Source: Candidatus Dormiibacterota bacterium
GTDB taxonomy: Bacteria; Chloroflexota; Dormibacteria; Aeolococcales; Aeolococcaceae
Direction of reading: 5' to 3'
Length of the DNA stretch: 48,687 nt
NCBI GenBank assembly: GCA_036521675.1
Contig: DATDHG010000047.1
Span: 1 to 48,687, forward strand
Positions 26,288-34,286 of the stretch are shown here, in pieces. The translations under genes and the position numbers were made by a program. Under the pieces are notes generated by a model. It did no database searches and was not told where the DNA came from. It saw only the letters and a list, made by a program, of their open reading frames with translations. Every line of letters starts with the position of its first letter. Position 1 is the stretch's first letter.

Positions 26288-27990
26288 GCCTGGTTGGGCG
26301 AGCGGACACAGATGCTCACCGTGATGCGCGACGAGAAGAAGGGCAGCACGAAGAAGGGGATCGCCTGGGAGATCTGCACCCCCTGGACCGCGGCCCCGTA
26401 CTGGTCCGTGACCGCCTTGGTCACCGCGCTCTTGGTCTTCCCGGTGAAGCTGCTCTTCAGCTTCTCGGTGTCCACCTGGGGGGTGGCATAGCCGCTGCCG
26501 CTGATGCTGAAGACCACGATGCCGTCGTCACCCGCCTGCTGCACCACCGGCTGACCTATGACCTTGCTCTTGTCGTCGAGAACTGCGCCACTCTGCGCCT
26601 GGCTCACGTCGGCGCGCAGCCTGTCCTCGAGCCGGCCCTTGACGTCGGCGGGGTCGTACATGGCGGCGGTGCCGTGGACGGTGACGGTCACCTGCTGGTC
26701 GGGCGGAGCCTGATCGCCGGGGTTGGGCGACGGCGGGCTGGACTCGGTGGTGATGGTCAGCCCCGAGTGGGTGGGGTCGATGGCGAAGACCTTGCCCGGG
26801 ACCTTCGCCTGCATCGCCTGTTTGACCTGGTCCGACAGCGTCTTGGTGGTGGTGTCGAGGCTCTGCTTGTACGCGGCGACGTCGGGGGGGCCGGCGACGG
26901 TGAGGGTCTGGGCGTCGACGCCCCCGCTGGCGGCGCCCGGGTTGGTGACGGCGAAGTCGCTGGGGGCGCAGGCTGGGGCGCCGCCGCCCGGATAGTTGCT
27001 GGGGTTGCAGCCGTTGATCCCGGCGTCGACCTGGTTGATGGCGCCGGCGCCGGCGTTGCCCGCCGCCCCCGCCGTCGAAGCGGTGACCGCGATGACCTTG
27101 CTGGCGGGGCCGAACTGGCCGTTGCTCGACGCGGGCACGAAGACCCCGCTGTCACCGGGGCAGGCAGCGTCGTTCGGCGGACTTGCCGTGGCCGCCCAGC
27201 TGAGCGATCCGCTCTGCGCGAGCACGGTTCCCTTGACGATGTGCAGGCAGAAGGGACTGCTGAACCGGGTGCTGAACTGCACGGCCGACTGGCTTGCGGC
27301 GGCGGCGATGGTCTTGGTGCCGGTGGCCTTGAAATCGAACGTGCCGGTGGCGTCGGAGCTGGTGACCACCGTGAGGACGCGGTCGGCCTGCGTCGCCACG
27401 TTCGGGTCGGGGGTGCCCTGGATGGTCAGGTTGTCCTCCTTGACCGGGGTCGCCTGGAGCACGATGGTCACCTTGGCCGTGGGAGCCACCAGGAAGAGCA
27501 CCAGGACGCCGATCAGGAACAGCGCGGCGGCGGCCACGTACACGCCGGGTCCGCGCGCCCCCGCCCCCCGCCCGTGGGGGCGGGGCGGGGCCGCTCGGGG
27601 CGTGACCGGGGGCGGCGCCGCACCGCTTCCAGGCGCCGAGGCCGGCGCCGCGCCGGCGAGGGCCACGGCCCCCGCCGCCACCCCGGCGCCCACGCCGGCC
27701 GCGGCGGCCACGGCCTCGACGCCACGCTCATACGCGGCAACCGAGGCGAAGACCGGCAGCCCGTTGTCGACGGCCAGCTGCTGCGTGCGCGCGTCGCCGC
27801 TGACGATGGCGGCCGACTTCATGAACGAGCGGGCGTACTGCTGGAGCAGCCGCAGGTTGAGCTCGCTCTGCAGCACTCGCGACCCGTTGGGCAGCACGAA
27901 GACCAGGTCGCCATCGGTCCCGGTGCCGCGCACCCGTTCGACGAGGTCGGTGATCTCCTCGCCCGGTTCGACGTAGATCATCTGCGCCAT
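26281..27990 (-). CDS. uncharacterised 570-aa bitopic membrane protein (small cytoplasmic N-domain, Ala/Gly/Pro linker, one TM helix, large Cys-containing extracytoplasmic region)
   Basis: This is part of ORF 26281..28209. The ATG at 27990 (MAQMIYVEPGEEITDLVERV...) lies 5 nt after the FtsA-like stop. The TM helix is VYVAAAALFLIGVLVLFLVAP. The region downstream of it is about 400 aa and rich in Thr/Ser/Gly/Ala, with several Cys. I recognised no family by eye. GC3 is high throughout. Confidence 0.7.
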   Translation of the reverse strand: MAQMIYVEPGEEITDLVERVRGTGTDGDLVFVLPNGSRVLQSELNLRLLQQYARSFMKSAAIVSGDARTQQLAVDNGLPVFASVAAYERGVEAVAAAAGVGAGVAAGAVALAGAAPASAPGSGAAPPPVTPRAAPPRPHGRGAGARGPGVYVAAAALFLIGVLVLFLVAPTAKVTIVLQATPVKEDNLTIQGTPDPNVATQADRVLTVVTSSDATGTFDFKATGTKTIAAAASQSAVQFSTRFSSPFCLHIVKGTVLAQSGSLSWAATASPPNDAACPGDSGVFVPASSNGQFGPASKVIAVTASTAGAAGNAGAGAINQVDAGINGCNPSNYPGGGAPACAPSDFAVTNPGAASGGVDAQTLTVAGPPDVAAYKQSLDTTTKTLSDQVKQAMQAKVPGKVFAIDPTHSGLTITTESSPPSPNPGDQAPPDQQVTVTVHGTAAMYDPADVKGRLEDRLRADVSQAQSGAVLDDKSKVIGQPVVQQAGDDGIVVFSISGSGYATPQVDTEKLKSSFTGKTKSAVTKAVTDQYGAAVQGVQISQAIPFFVLPFFSSRITVSICVRSPNQAC

Positions 27991-27995
27991 CTGGG

Positions 27996-29261
27996 TCACA
28001 CCTTCATCGCCTTCATGATCCGGCGCATCATGTCCCCGAGGGGCTGCGCCTGCTCGTCGTCGAGGGAGATGGCGTGGTGGGCCAGCGCCATCGGGGTGAC
28101 GTCCTGGCAGCCCGTCAGCAGCCCGGTGGAGTCGTGGAGGCCCCGGATGTCGGCGGGGGTCAGCGTGCGCACCGAAGGATGACGGCCGAAGGGCAGGTAC
28201 TCGGTCCACTCCAGCAGGTCGAGCTGCTGGCTGATCTCCGGCAGGGCGGCTCCGCCCCCGCCCAGATAGATGCTCGGCGGGAGCATCTCGCCCTGGGCCA
28301 TCTCCTCGAGCGCGAGCGCCACGCCCTGGGCGAGCACCTCGGCGTTGGGGGTGACGGCGTTGTGGGCCAGCGCGGCCTGATCGGCCGGCAGCCGGCCCTC
28401 CCCGTGGGCGATCTTGAACTGCTCCGCCTCCTCCAGGGTCATCTCGAGATCTGCGGCGACGCGCCGCGTGAAGGCCCGGCCGCCGAGCGCGAACATGCGC
28501 GTGGCCTCGATCCCCCCGTTGCGCACGAGGGCGATGTCGGTCGTGCCGCCGCCCACGTCGACGAGGATCCCGCCGAATTCGTACACCTCGTCGCTGGCGC
28601 AGGCGCGGGCCATGGCGTAGGGCTCGGCGACTGTGGCCAGCAGCTCAAGGTCGAGTTGCTGCGCGATAGTCTGCAGCGCCCCCACGTGGGTCATCGGCGC
28701 GAAGGTGTTGAAGACCGAGACGTCCAGAACCCGACCCTGGAAGTCGAGGGGATTGCTCACGGCGTAGCCGTCGACGTGAACGCTGGTGATGGCCGAGTGC
28801 ACCAGCTTGACGTTGACCTCCGACACGCCCAGCTCCTGGGACATCTGCCGCACCGCCTCGCGGAGCGCGCGCCTCTGCACCACCTGCAGGCTCTGCGCCA
28901 CCTCGGCCTGGGTGATGCGCGACTGGGGCTGCTGACGCGGGACTGAGACGCTCGTGCTGAACCCCTTGATCTGCTCGCCGGCGATCCCGATCACCGCCTG
29001 GCCGGGGACCATGTGGCACATGTCCTCGGCCTCGGTCAGAGCCCGGTCACAGTTGTCGATCACCGCCTGGATGTCGGCGACCGCCCCGGCCTGCATGTCG
29101 CTGAGCGCCTGGCGCACCCGGCCGGCCCCGATGACGATCCCCTGGTCGCCCTCACGCTTGACCACGAGCGCCTTGACGACCTCGGTGCCGATGTCGATGA
29201 CCGTGTAGTGGCTGTGGAACTCCTCGCGGCGGCGTAGCAGGGAGAACGAACGGCGGGCCAT
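27996..29261 (-). CDS. FtsA-like actin-fold ATPase (SHS2-domain type) with C-terminal amphipathic helix
   Basis: ORF 27996..29261. Motifs are phosphate-1 VIDIGTEVVKALV, an FtsA-style inserted domain (KLVHSAITSVHVDGYAVSNPLDFQGRVLDVSVFNTF), LVDVGGGTTDIALVRNG, ALGGRAFT and YLGGGGAALPE. The C-terminus is DMMRRIMKAMKV. The ATG shares 1 nt with the alaS stop (TGATG). Confidence 0.8.
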   Translation of the reverse strand: MARRSFSLLRRREEFHSHYTVIDIGTEVVKALVVKREGDQGIVIGAGRVRQALSDMQAGAVADIQAVIDNCDRALTEAEDMCHMVPGQAVIGIAGEQIKGFSTSVSVPRQQPQSRITQAEVAQSLQVVQRRALREAVRQMSQELGVSEVNVKLVHSAITSVHVDGYAVSNPLDFQGRVLDVSVFNTFAPMTHVGALQTIAQQLDLELLATVAEPYAMARACASDEVYEFGGILVDVGGGTTDIALVRNGGIEATRMFALGGRAFTRRVAADLEMTLEEAEQFKIAHGEGRLPADQAALAHNAVTPNAEVLAQGVALALEEMAQGEMLPPSIYLGGGGAALPEISQQLDLLEWTEYLPFGRHPSVRTLTPADIRGLHDSTGLLTGCQDVTPMALAHHAISLDDEQAQPLGDMMRRIMKAMKV

Positions 29262-31885
29262 CAGGCCTTGCCGCCCGTGGGGATGTCGCCGTTGAGCAGG
29301 GCGCGCACGGCCGCGAGCGCGGCCTGGCGCTTGGCCGGGTCCGCGATGCCTCCCTGGGCCTTGTCGGGCCGGCCGCCTCCCCGGCCCCCGGCCACGCCCT
29401 GGACGGCGTCGAGCACGCGCCTGGCGTCGAGGCCCCGCGCCCGCGCGTTGCCGCCCGCCTTGGCCAGAACGTAGTCTGCGCCGATCACCACGACGAGGCC
29501 GTCGCCCCCCAGCCGCTCGAACAGGGCGTCGCCCGCGTCGAGCACGCCCTGGCGGTCGAGGTCGACGACGCTGCCCGCGAACTGGAGGTCGCCCACGCTC
29601 ACGACGTCGCCGCCCAGCCCGCCGCCGGTGGCGGCCAGGCGGCGGGCCTCGGCGACATCCTTGTGGAGCTGGCGCACCTGCTGCTGCAGGGCGGCGACGC
29701 GGTCGACAAGCTCCGCGGGCGCTGCGCGGAGCTGCTGGGCGGCGCCGCGGACGCGGGCCTCGGCCTCCTCCCAGTGGGCCTCGGCGGCCTCGCCGACGAC
29801 CATCTCGATGCGCCGGACGCCCTGGCCGATGCTGGACTCGCCGGTGATGATCACCGCCCCCAGGTCGCCGGTGCGCTCCACGTGGGTGCCTCCGCAGAAC
29901 TCCTTGCTGAAGTCACCGAAGCTGACCACGCGGACCTGCTCCGGGTAACGCTCGCCGGCCATGGTGACCGCCCCGGTCCGGCGCGCCTCGTCAAGGGGGA
30001 GAACGGCCACCGAGCGCCGAAGGTTGCGGCGCACCTCATCGTTCACCAGGCGCTCGACGCGGCGCACCTCCGCGTCCCCGAGCGCCCGCGGGTAGCTGAA
30101 GTCGAAGGTGGTGTGGTCCCACTCCACCAGGGAGCCGCGCTGCACCACCGCGTCGCCGAGCTCCTGGCGCAGGGCCTGGTTCAGCAGGTGGGTGGCGCTG
30201 TGGTGGCGCGCGGTCTGGGCGCGGCGCCGGGCGTCGACGCGGGCCAGCACCGCGGTCCCCGCCAGCAACCAGGGGGGGGCGGCGGCGAGACTGAGCACGC
30301 GGGTCTCGGTGCCGGCGAGGAAGCGGCAGTCGGTCACGGCCACCGCCTCGCCATCATGGATGAGGACACCCTTGTCCCCAACCTGGCCGCCCGCCTCCGC
30401 ATAGAACGGCGACGGCTCGATCACCACTTCGCTTCCGGCGGTTCCCACCCAGACCAGCTCGGCTTCGCATTCCAGGGTCTCGTACCCGACGAAGGTGGTG
30501 GGCGGCAGCGCCGGGCCTGCGGCGAATCCGACCCGCGCCACGCTGCGCCGGCTGCGCTCCCGCTGGGCCTCCATGGCGGCCTCGAAGCCCCGGCGATCGA
30601 CCTCGACGCCGCGCTCCCTGGCCAACTCGATGGTCAACTCGATGGGAAAGCCGAAGGTGTCGTGCAGGCGAAAGGCCTCGGCGCCCCCGAGCTGAGCGTC
30701 ACCCGCGCCGAGGAGCGCGTCGAGCCGCTCGGCGCCGTCGGCCAGCGTTCGAGCGAATGCCGCCTCTTCGGTGACCAGGACATTCTCGATGGTGGGCCGG
30801 TGCTCCACGAGCTCCGGGTAGACGGCTCCCATGACCCTCACCAAGTCGCCCACGCCGGCGCCCAGCCCACCCTCGAGTCCAACCCGCCGGCCGTGGATGG
30901 CAGCCCGCCTGACCACCCGCCGGAGCACGTACCCCCGCGACTCGTTGCCGGGCAGCACGCCGTCGGCGATGAGGAAGCAGGCCGCCCGGAGGTGGTCGGC
31001 GAGCACGTTGAAGGAGGCTCGGCGGCGTGGACTCTCGTCGGCCTGGGGGGCGCGTGCCTCGACGCCTGCGACGATGTCGAGGAACAGATCCGTTTGGTAG
31101 ACGCTACGCACACCCTGCAGCACCGCACTCATCCGCTCGAGGCCCATGCCGGTGTCGACCGTGGGCCGCGGGAGCGCCGTGCGGCTGCCGTCCTCAGCCT
31201 GGTCGAACTCCATGAACACGAGGTTCCAGATCTCCGTCCAGCGGTCCCCGCCACACTCGTCCTGCGGCGTGCAGCCTGGGCGGCCGCAAGAGCAGGGCGG
31301 GCCGTGGTCCCAATAGATCTCGCTGTCGTAGCCGCAGGGGCCGGTGGGACCCGCCTGCCACCAGTTGTCCTCCAGGCGGCTGATGCGCTCCCGGGGCACG
31401 CCGATACGCTCTACCCACAGCCGCTCGGCCTCGCCGTCGCCCGGATGAACGCTGGGCCACAGCCGCCCCGGATCGAGGTCGAACGGGCCGGTGAGCAGCT
31501 CCCAGGCGAGGTCGATGGCGCCCTCCTTGAAGTAGTCGCCGAACGACCAGTTGCCCAGCATCTCGAAGAAGGTGAGGTGGGAGACGTCGCCCACCTCCTG
31601 GATGTCGTCGAGCATGCCCGAGCCGCGAAAGCACTTCTGGCACGACGCCACCCGAGGCGCCGGGGCCGGCCTGGTGCCCAGGATGTAGGCCTTGAGCGGC
31701 ACCATGCCGGCCACGGTGAAGAGCACAGAGGGGTCGTCGTGGGTGAGCAGGGGCGCGCTCGGCAGTCGCAGGTGACCCCGGCTGGCGAAGAAGTCGAGAA
31801 AACGTTCCCGGATGTCTGGGCTGCGCACGTCCACCCTGGTGGTGAGATCGGTCCTGCGGGCGTGGGAGACCGCCCCCAGGCCCAT
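29261..31885 (-). CDS. alaS: alanine--tRNA ligase
   Basis: ORF 29261..31885. Motifs are DIRERFLDFFASRGH, FEMLGNWSFGDYFK, the editing-domain HSATHLL and CGGTHV. Alternative in-frame GTG starts at 31834 and 31828 would give the usual short N-terminus before DIRERF. Confidence 0.95.
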   Translation of the reverse strand: MGLGAVSHARRTDLTTRVDVRSPDIRERFLDFFASRGHLRLPSAPLLTHDDPSVLFTVAGMVPLKAYILGTRPAPAPRVASCQKCFRGSGMLDDIQEVGDVSHLTFFEMLGNWSFGDYFKEGAIDLAWELLTGPFDLDPGRLWPSVHPGDGEAERLWVERIGVPRERISRLEDNWWQAGPTGPCGYDSEIYWDHGPPCSCGRPGCTPQDECGGDRWTEIWNLVFMEFDQAEDGSRTALPRPTVDTGMGLERMSAVLQGVRSVYQTDLFLDIVAGVEARAPQADESPRRRASFNVLADHLRAACFLIADGVLPGNESRGYVLRRVVRRAAIHGRRVGLEGGLGAGVGDLVRVMGAVYPELVEHRPTIENVLVTEEAAFARTLADGAERLDALLGAGDAQLGGAEAFRLHDTFGFPIELTIELARERGVEVDRRGFEAAMEAQRERSRRSVARVGFAAGPALPPTTFVGYETLECEAELVWVGTAGSEVVIEPSPFYAEAGGQVGDKGVLIHDGEAVAVTDCRFLAGTETRVLSLAAAPPWLLAGTAVLARVDARRRAQTARHHSATHLLNQALRQELGDAVVQRGSLVEWDHTTFDFSYPRALGDAEVRRVERLVNDEVRRNLRRSVAVLPLDEARRTGAVTMAGERYPEQVRVVSFGDFSKEFCGGTHVERTGDLGAVIITGESSIGQGVRRIEMVVGEAAEAHWEEAEARVRGAAQQLRAAPAELVDRVAALQQQVRQLHKDVAEARRLAATGGGLGGDVVSVGDLQFAGSVVDLDRQGVLDAGDALFERLGGDGLVVVIGADYVLAKAGGNARARGLDARRVLDAVQGVAGGRGGGRPDKAQGGIADPAKRQAALAAVRALLNGDIPTGGKA

Positions 31886-31948
31886 CGGAGTGTACCAGCG
31901 CCCAGTTGAGCCTCCCTGTCGGCGACTGCCTGGCGGCGCCGTGATGGG

Positions 31949-32797
31949 TCAGACGGGGGGCGCCTCGCCGAACTCCCTGCGCATGTGCTCGATGGCGGCT
32001 CGCTGCAGCCGGCTCACGTGCATCTGCGAGATCCCCAACCGCTTGGCGACCTCGGTCTGTGGCAGCTGCTCGACGAACCGCAGCATCATGATCTGGCGCT
32101 CACGCGGCGTCAGATGGGCCATCACCTGGTCGATCACCTGGCGCATCTCCACCCGGTCCAGGTCGACGTCGTCACTCCCCAGCCGCTCGCCCAGCTCGCG
32201 CCCGTCGTCAGGACTGCCGGTGGGCGTGGACTCGAGGCTGAGGGTGTGCTGCGCGGGCGAGACCTCGAGGGCTGCCAGCACCTCGTCCGCAGCCAGGCCG
32301 ACGCGGTCGGCGATCTCGGCGATAGAGGGCTCGCGCCCCAGCTCGGCGCTCAGCTGCTCTCGGCTGCGCACGACGCGCAGGTAGTTCTCCTGGAGCCGGC
32401 GGGGCACGCGCACCGCCCAGGAGCGATCGCGGAAGTGGCGGCGGATCTCGCCGCTGATGGTGGGCGTGGCGAAGGTGGAGAACTCGTTCTCGAGGCTGGG
32501 GTCGAACCGCTCGATGGCCTGGATGAGCCCCAGGAAGCCGACCTGCTCGATGTCCTCGAGCGGCTCGCCGCGGTTGGCGAAGCGACGGGCGATGAAGTGG
32601 ACCAGGTCGCTGTTGAGCTCGACCAGCCGCTCCCTGACCACGGGGTCGCGGGTGGTCCGGTATTCGCGAAGCAGGCGCCGCGTCTCCTCACGCTTGGGGT
32701 CGGGCGCGGGCTTGGGGATGGTCCGCACCGCGCGTCCCCCCGGGCCTGTCCCGGAGCCCACCACGTCGGCACGCGGGCCCCGGGGGCCCGACGTCAC
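31949..32797 (-). CDS. SigB/SigF/SigG-family (group 3) RNA polymerase sigma factor
   Basis: ORF 31949..32797. Region 2 is DLVHFIARRFANRGEPLEDIEQVGFLGLIQAIERFDPSLENEFSTFATPTISGEIRRHFRD. The region 4 HTH is QTEVAKRLGISQMHVSRLQRAA. The GTG overlaps the upstream stop (GTGA). Confidence 0.9.
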   Translation of the reverse strand: MTSGPRGPRADVVGSGTGPGGRAVRTIPKPAPDPKREETRRLLREYRTTRDPVVRERLVELNSDLVHFIARRFANRGEPLEDIEQVGFLGLIQAIERFDPSLENEFSTFATPTISGEIRRHFRDRSWAVRVPRRLQENYLRVVRSREQLSAELGREPSIAEIADRVGLAADEVLAALEVSPAQHTLSLESTPTGSPDDGRELGERLGSDDVDLDRVEMRQVIDQVMAHLTPRERQIMMLRFVEQLPQTEVAKRLGISQMHVSRLQRAAIEHMRREFGEAPPV

Positions 32798-33351
32798 ACG
32801 CGGAACTTGGTGAGCCGCACCCGCAGCCCGCCGGTGCGCTCATCGACCCGGTAGCGGCAGTCGTCGACGAAGAGGCCCATCACCCGCAGGGCGAGGTCCC
32901 GATTGGCCGCGTCGCGTGCCAGCGCCTCGGCGACCTCATGGCTGGGCGGGGTGGTCGCGGGGTGGCGGCGCGCCGGCGACGGGGCCGGTTCCAGGGCGGC
33001 CCCCCGCGGGAGGTCCTCGACGCGCCCGCAGGTGCTGCGCACCTGCACCTCCAGGCGCTGGTCCTCGACGCGGAAGCCGAGTCGGATCTGCGCAGACGGC
33101 AGGGCGCCGGCGGCAGCGGCGCAGCGGATGGCGTTCTCGCAGGCCTGGGCGACGGCGATGCAGAGATCGTCCACCGCCTCGATATCAAGTCCGGCCACGT
33201 AGGCGAAGCCGGCGGCGGCCCGTTTGGCGACGAGTACGTAGGCAGGCGCGGCGGGGATGCGCAACTCCGAGGCGGTGGCCTTCACGACCTCCTGGTCATA
33301 CCCGGGCGCTGCGCTGCCGAAACCGCCGCCGAGCCCGGCGGAGCGGCTCAT
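32794..33351 (-). CDS. RsbW/SpoIIAB-like anti-sigma factor with degenerate ATP-binding motifs
   Basis: This is part of ORF 32794..33438. The ATG at 33351 overlaps the upstream stop (ATGA). The sequence ELRIPAAPAYVLVAKRAAAGFAYVAGLDIEAVDDLCIAVAQACENAI aligns by eye with RsbW [48 protein letters not shown]. The G1 and G2 glycine boxes are not recognisable. Confidence 0.7.
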   Translation of the reverse strand: MSRSAGLGGGFGSAAPGYDQEVVKATASELRIPAAPAYVLVAKRAAAGFAYVAGLDIEAVDDLCIAVAQACENAIRCAAAAGALPSAQIRLGFRVEDQRLEVQVRSTCGRVEDLPRGAALEPAPSPARRHPATTPPSHEVAEALARDAANRDLALRVMGLFVDDCRYRVDERTGGLRVRLTKFRV

Positions 33352-33638
33352 GCGGAGGCGGCTGCGGGGGTGTCGTCGAGGGTCGCGATAGGGATGGCGC
33401 CGGCCCGATCGGTGCCGTGGCCGTTGACGGGTATCCACCGGACCGCCTCGTCGGCGGGCTCGCCGTGGCCGCCGGTGGCGATGCCCTGGCCGATGGCGGT
33501 GCGCACCTCATCATCGACCTCCTCGAGGGATTCGGGGGCGGTGCGGCGCGCCCGCAGGGCGGCGGCGGCGGCGGCGGCGGCGACAGCGATCGCTCCCGCC
33601 ACGGCAGCGCGGCTCAGCAGGCGACCAGTCGAGGACAT
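33348..33638 (-). CDS. small hypothetical protein (96 aa) with N-terminal Ala-rich hydrophobic segment and acidic C-terminal half
   Basis: ORF 33348..33638. The ATG is preceded by CCGGAGGTCCCCC (GGAGG with 5-nt spacing). GC3 is high. It is the first gene of the sigma module. I recognised no family. Confidence 0.55.
   Translation of the reverse strand: MSSTGRLLSRAAVAGAIAVAAAAAAAALRARRTAPESLEEVDDEVRTAIGQGIATGGHGEPADEAVRWIPVNGHGTDRAGAIPIATLDDTPAAASA
33558..33581. repeat. (GGC)8 trinucleotide microsatellite, encoding Ala8 on the minus strand
   Basis: Eight perfect tandem GGC units are read directly at 33558-33581, inside the 96-aa ORF. Confidence 0.9.
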
Positions 33639-33697
33639 GGGGGACCTCCGGGGACGGGCGACCGGGCGACACCGTGGCCGCGCTGGGGAACGGGCGA

Positions 33698-33726
33698 AGT
33701 ATAGGGCGCTTCTCAGAAAGGTCCAA
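33698..33726 (-). promoter_or_regulatory. sigma-70-type promoter candidate, TTGGAC-N17-TATACT, upstream of the small-protein/anti-sigma/sigma operon
   Basis: The minus strand reads GAAGCGCTTGGACCTTTCTGAGAAGCGCCCTATACTTCG. The -35 is at 33726-33721 and the -10 at 33703-33698, with a 17-nt spacer. This lies about 55-60 nt upstream of ATG 33638. GAAGCGC is repeated on both sides of the -35. Confidence 0.45.
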
Positions 33727-33731
33727 GCGCT

Positions 33732-34013
33732 TCATGGTCCATGGCCGTCCCGGCCCGGTGATCCGTGCACGAGGAGCAACGCGGCCGCCTGCAGCGCGGC
33801 GACCACGGCCAGGTCGAGCACCGGGTGCAGTACGCCCACCGACACCCCGGCGAGATGCCCGGATCCGGCCACCAGCTCGCCGAGCACCACCCCGACGCAG
33901 CTGATCCCCAGCGTCCACAGGTAGGGCCCGCGCTCTGGGATCACCAGCCGGGTGACCTGGGTCGCGACGAGCGCCAGCAGGATGGCGAGAACGAGGCCGG
34001 GGCTGGCACGCAC
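33732..34013 (-). CDS. small membrane protein, possibly GlsB/YeaQ/YmgE (transglycosylase-associated) family
   Basis: ORF 33732..34013 (GTG start). GC3 is high. The protein is 93 aa with three hydrophobic Gly-rich helices: LVLAILLALVATQVTRLVIPERGPYLWTLGISCVGVVLGELVAG... The family assignment rests on pattern resemblance only. Confidence 0.45.
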   Translation of the reverse strand: MRASPGLVLAILLALVATQVTRLVIPERGPYLWTLGISCVGVVLGELVAGSGHLAGVSVGVLHPVLDLAVVAALQAAALLLVHGSPGRDGHGP

Positions 34014-34268
34014 TGTGGTGGATCTCGGCGGGTGTGGACGCTGGCGTGGAGGGACTATCCCCGCACCGGCCGCGCCGTCCTGGGCTGAAGCCCGAGGACC
34101 AGGTGGGTTCCCGCACGACGCCGTTCCCCCTCCCCGATGCGGACCGCGGAACGGCCGCGGGGCTCGGGGGCGGGCACCGGATGTTGGGATCCCGATGTGT
34201 ACGGTGTTGGTCCAGCCGCGTGTTGGGCTGCAACCGGCCGGGGACAGGTCGATGGTACGGGTTTTCCC

Positions 34269-34286
34269 GGGCCGGGAGGCCGGCCC
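34269..34286 (-). terminator. GC hairpin directly after the aspS stop (possible terminator; no U-tract)
   Basis: The minus strand reads TGA-GGGCCGG-CCTC-CCGGCCC-GGGAAAAC. This is a 7-bp perfect stem with a 4-nt loop, followed by an A-tract rather than a U-tract. Confidence 0.25.

Noticed and set aside
26281-27990. The 570-aa protein as part of a prophage, baseplate or secretion cluster.
   Set aside because: No other phage, tail or secretion genes occur in the window. The gene is translationally coupled to housekeeping neighbours and has the same composition as the flanking genes. I could not substantiate any family assignment from sequence alone.
31886-31948. T-box or other aaRS leader riboswitches upstream of alaS, hisS, aspS, proS and metG.
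   Set aside because: The upstream spacers are 63, 28, -4, 70 and -4 nt respectively. These are far too short for a T-box leader of about 200 nt, and no specifier or T-box consensus was seen.
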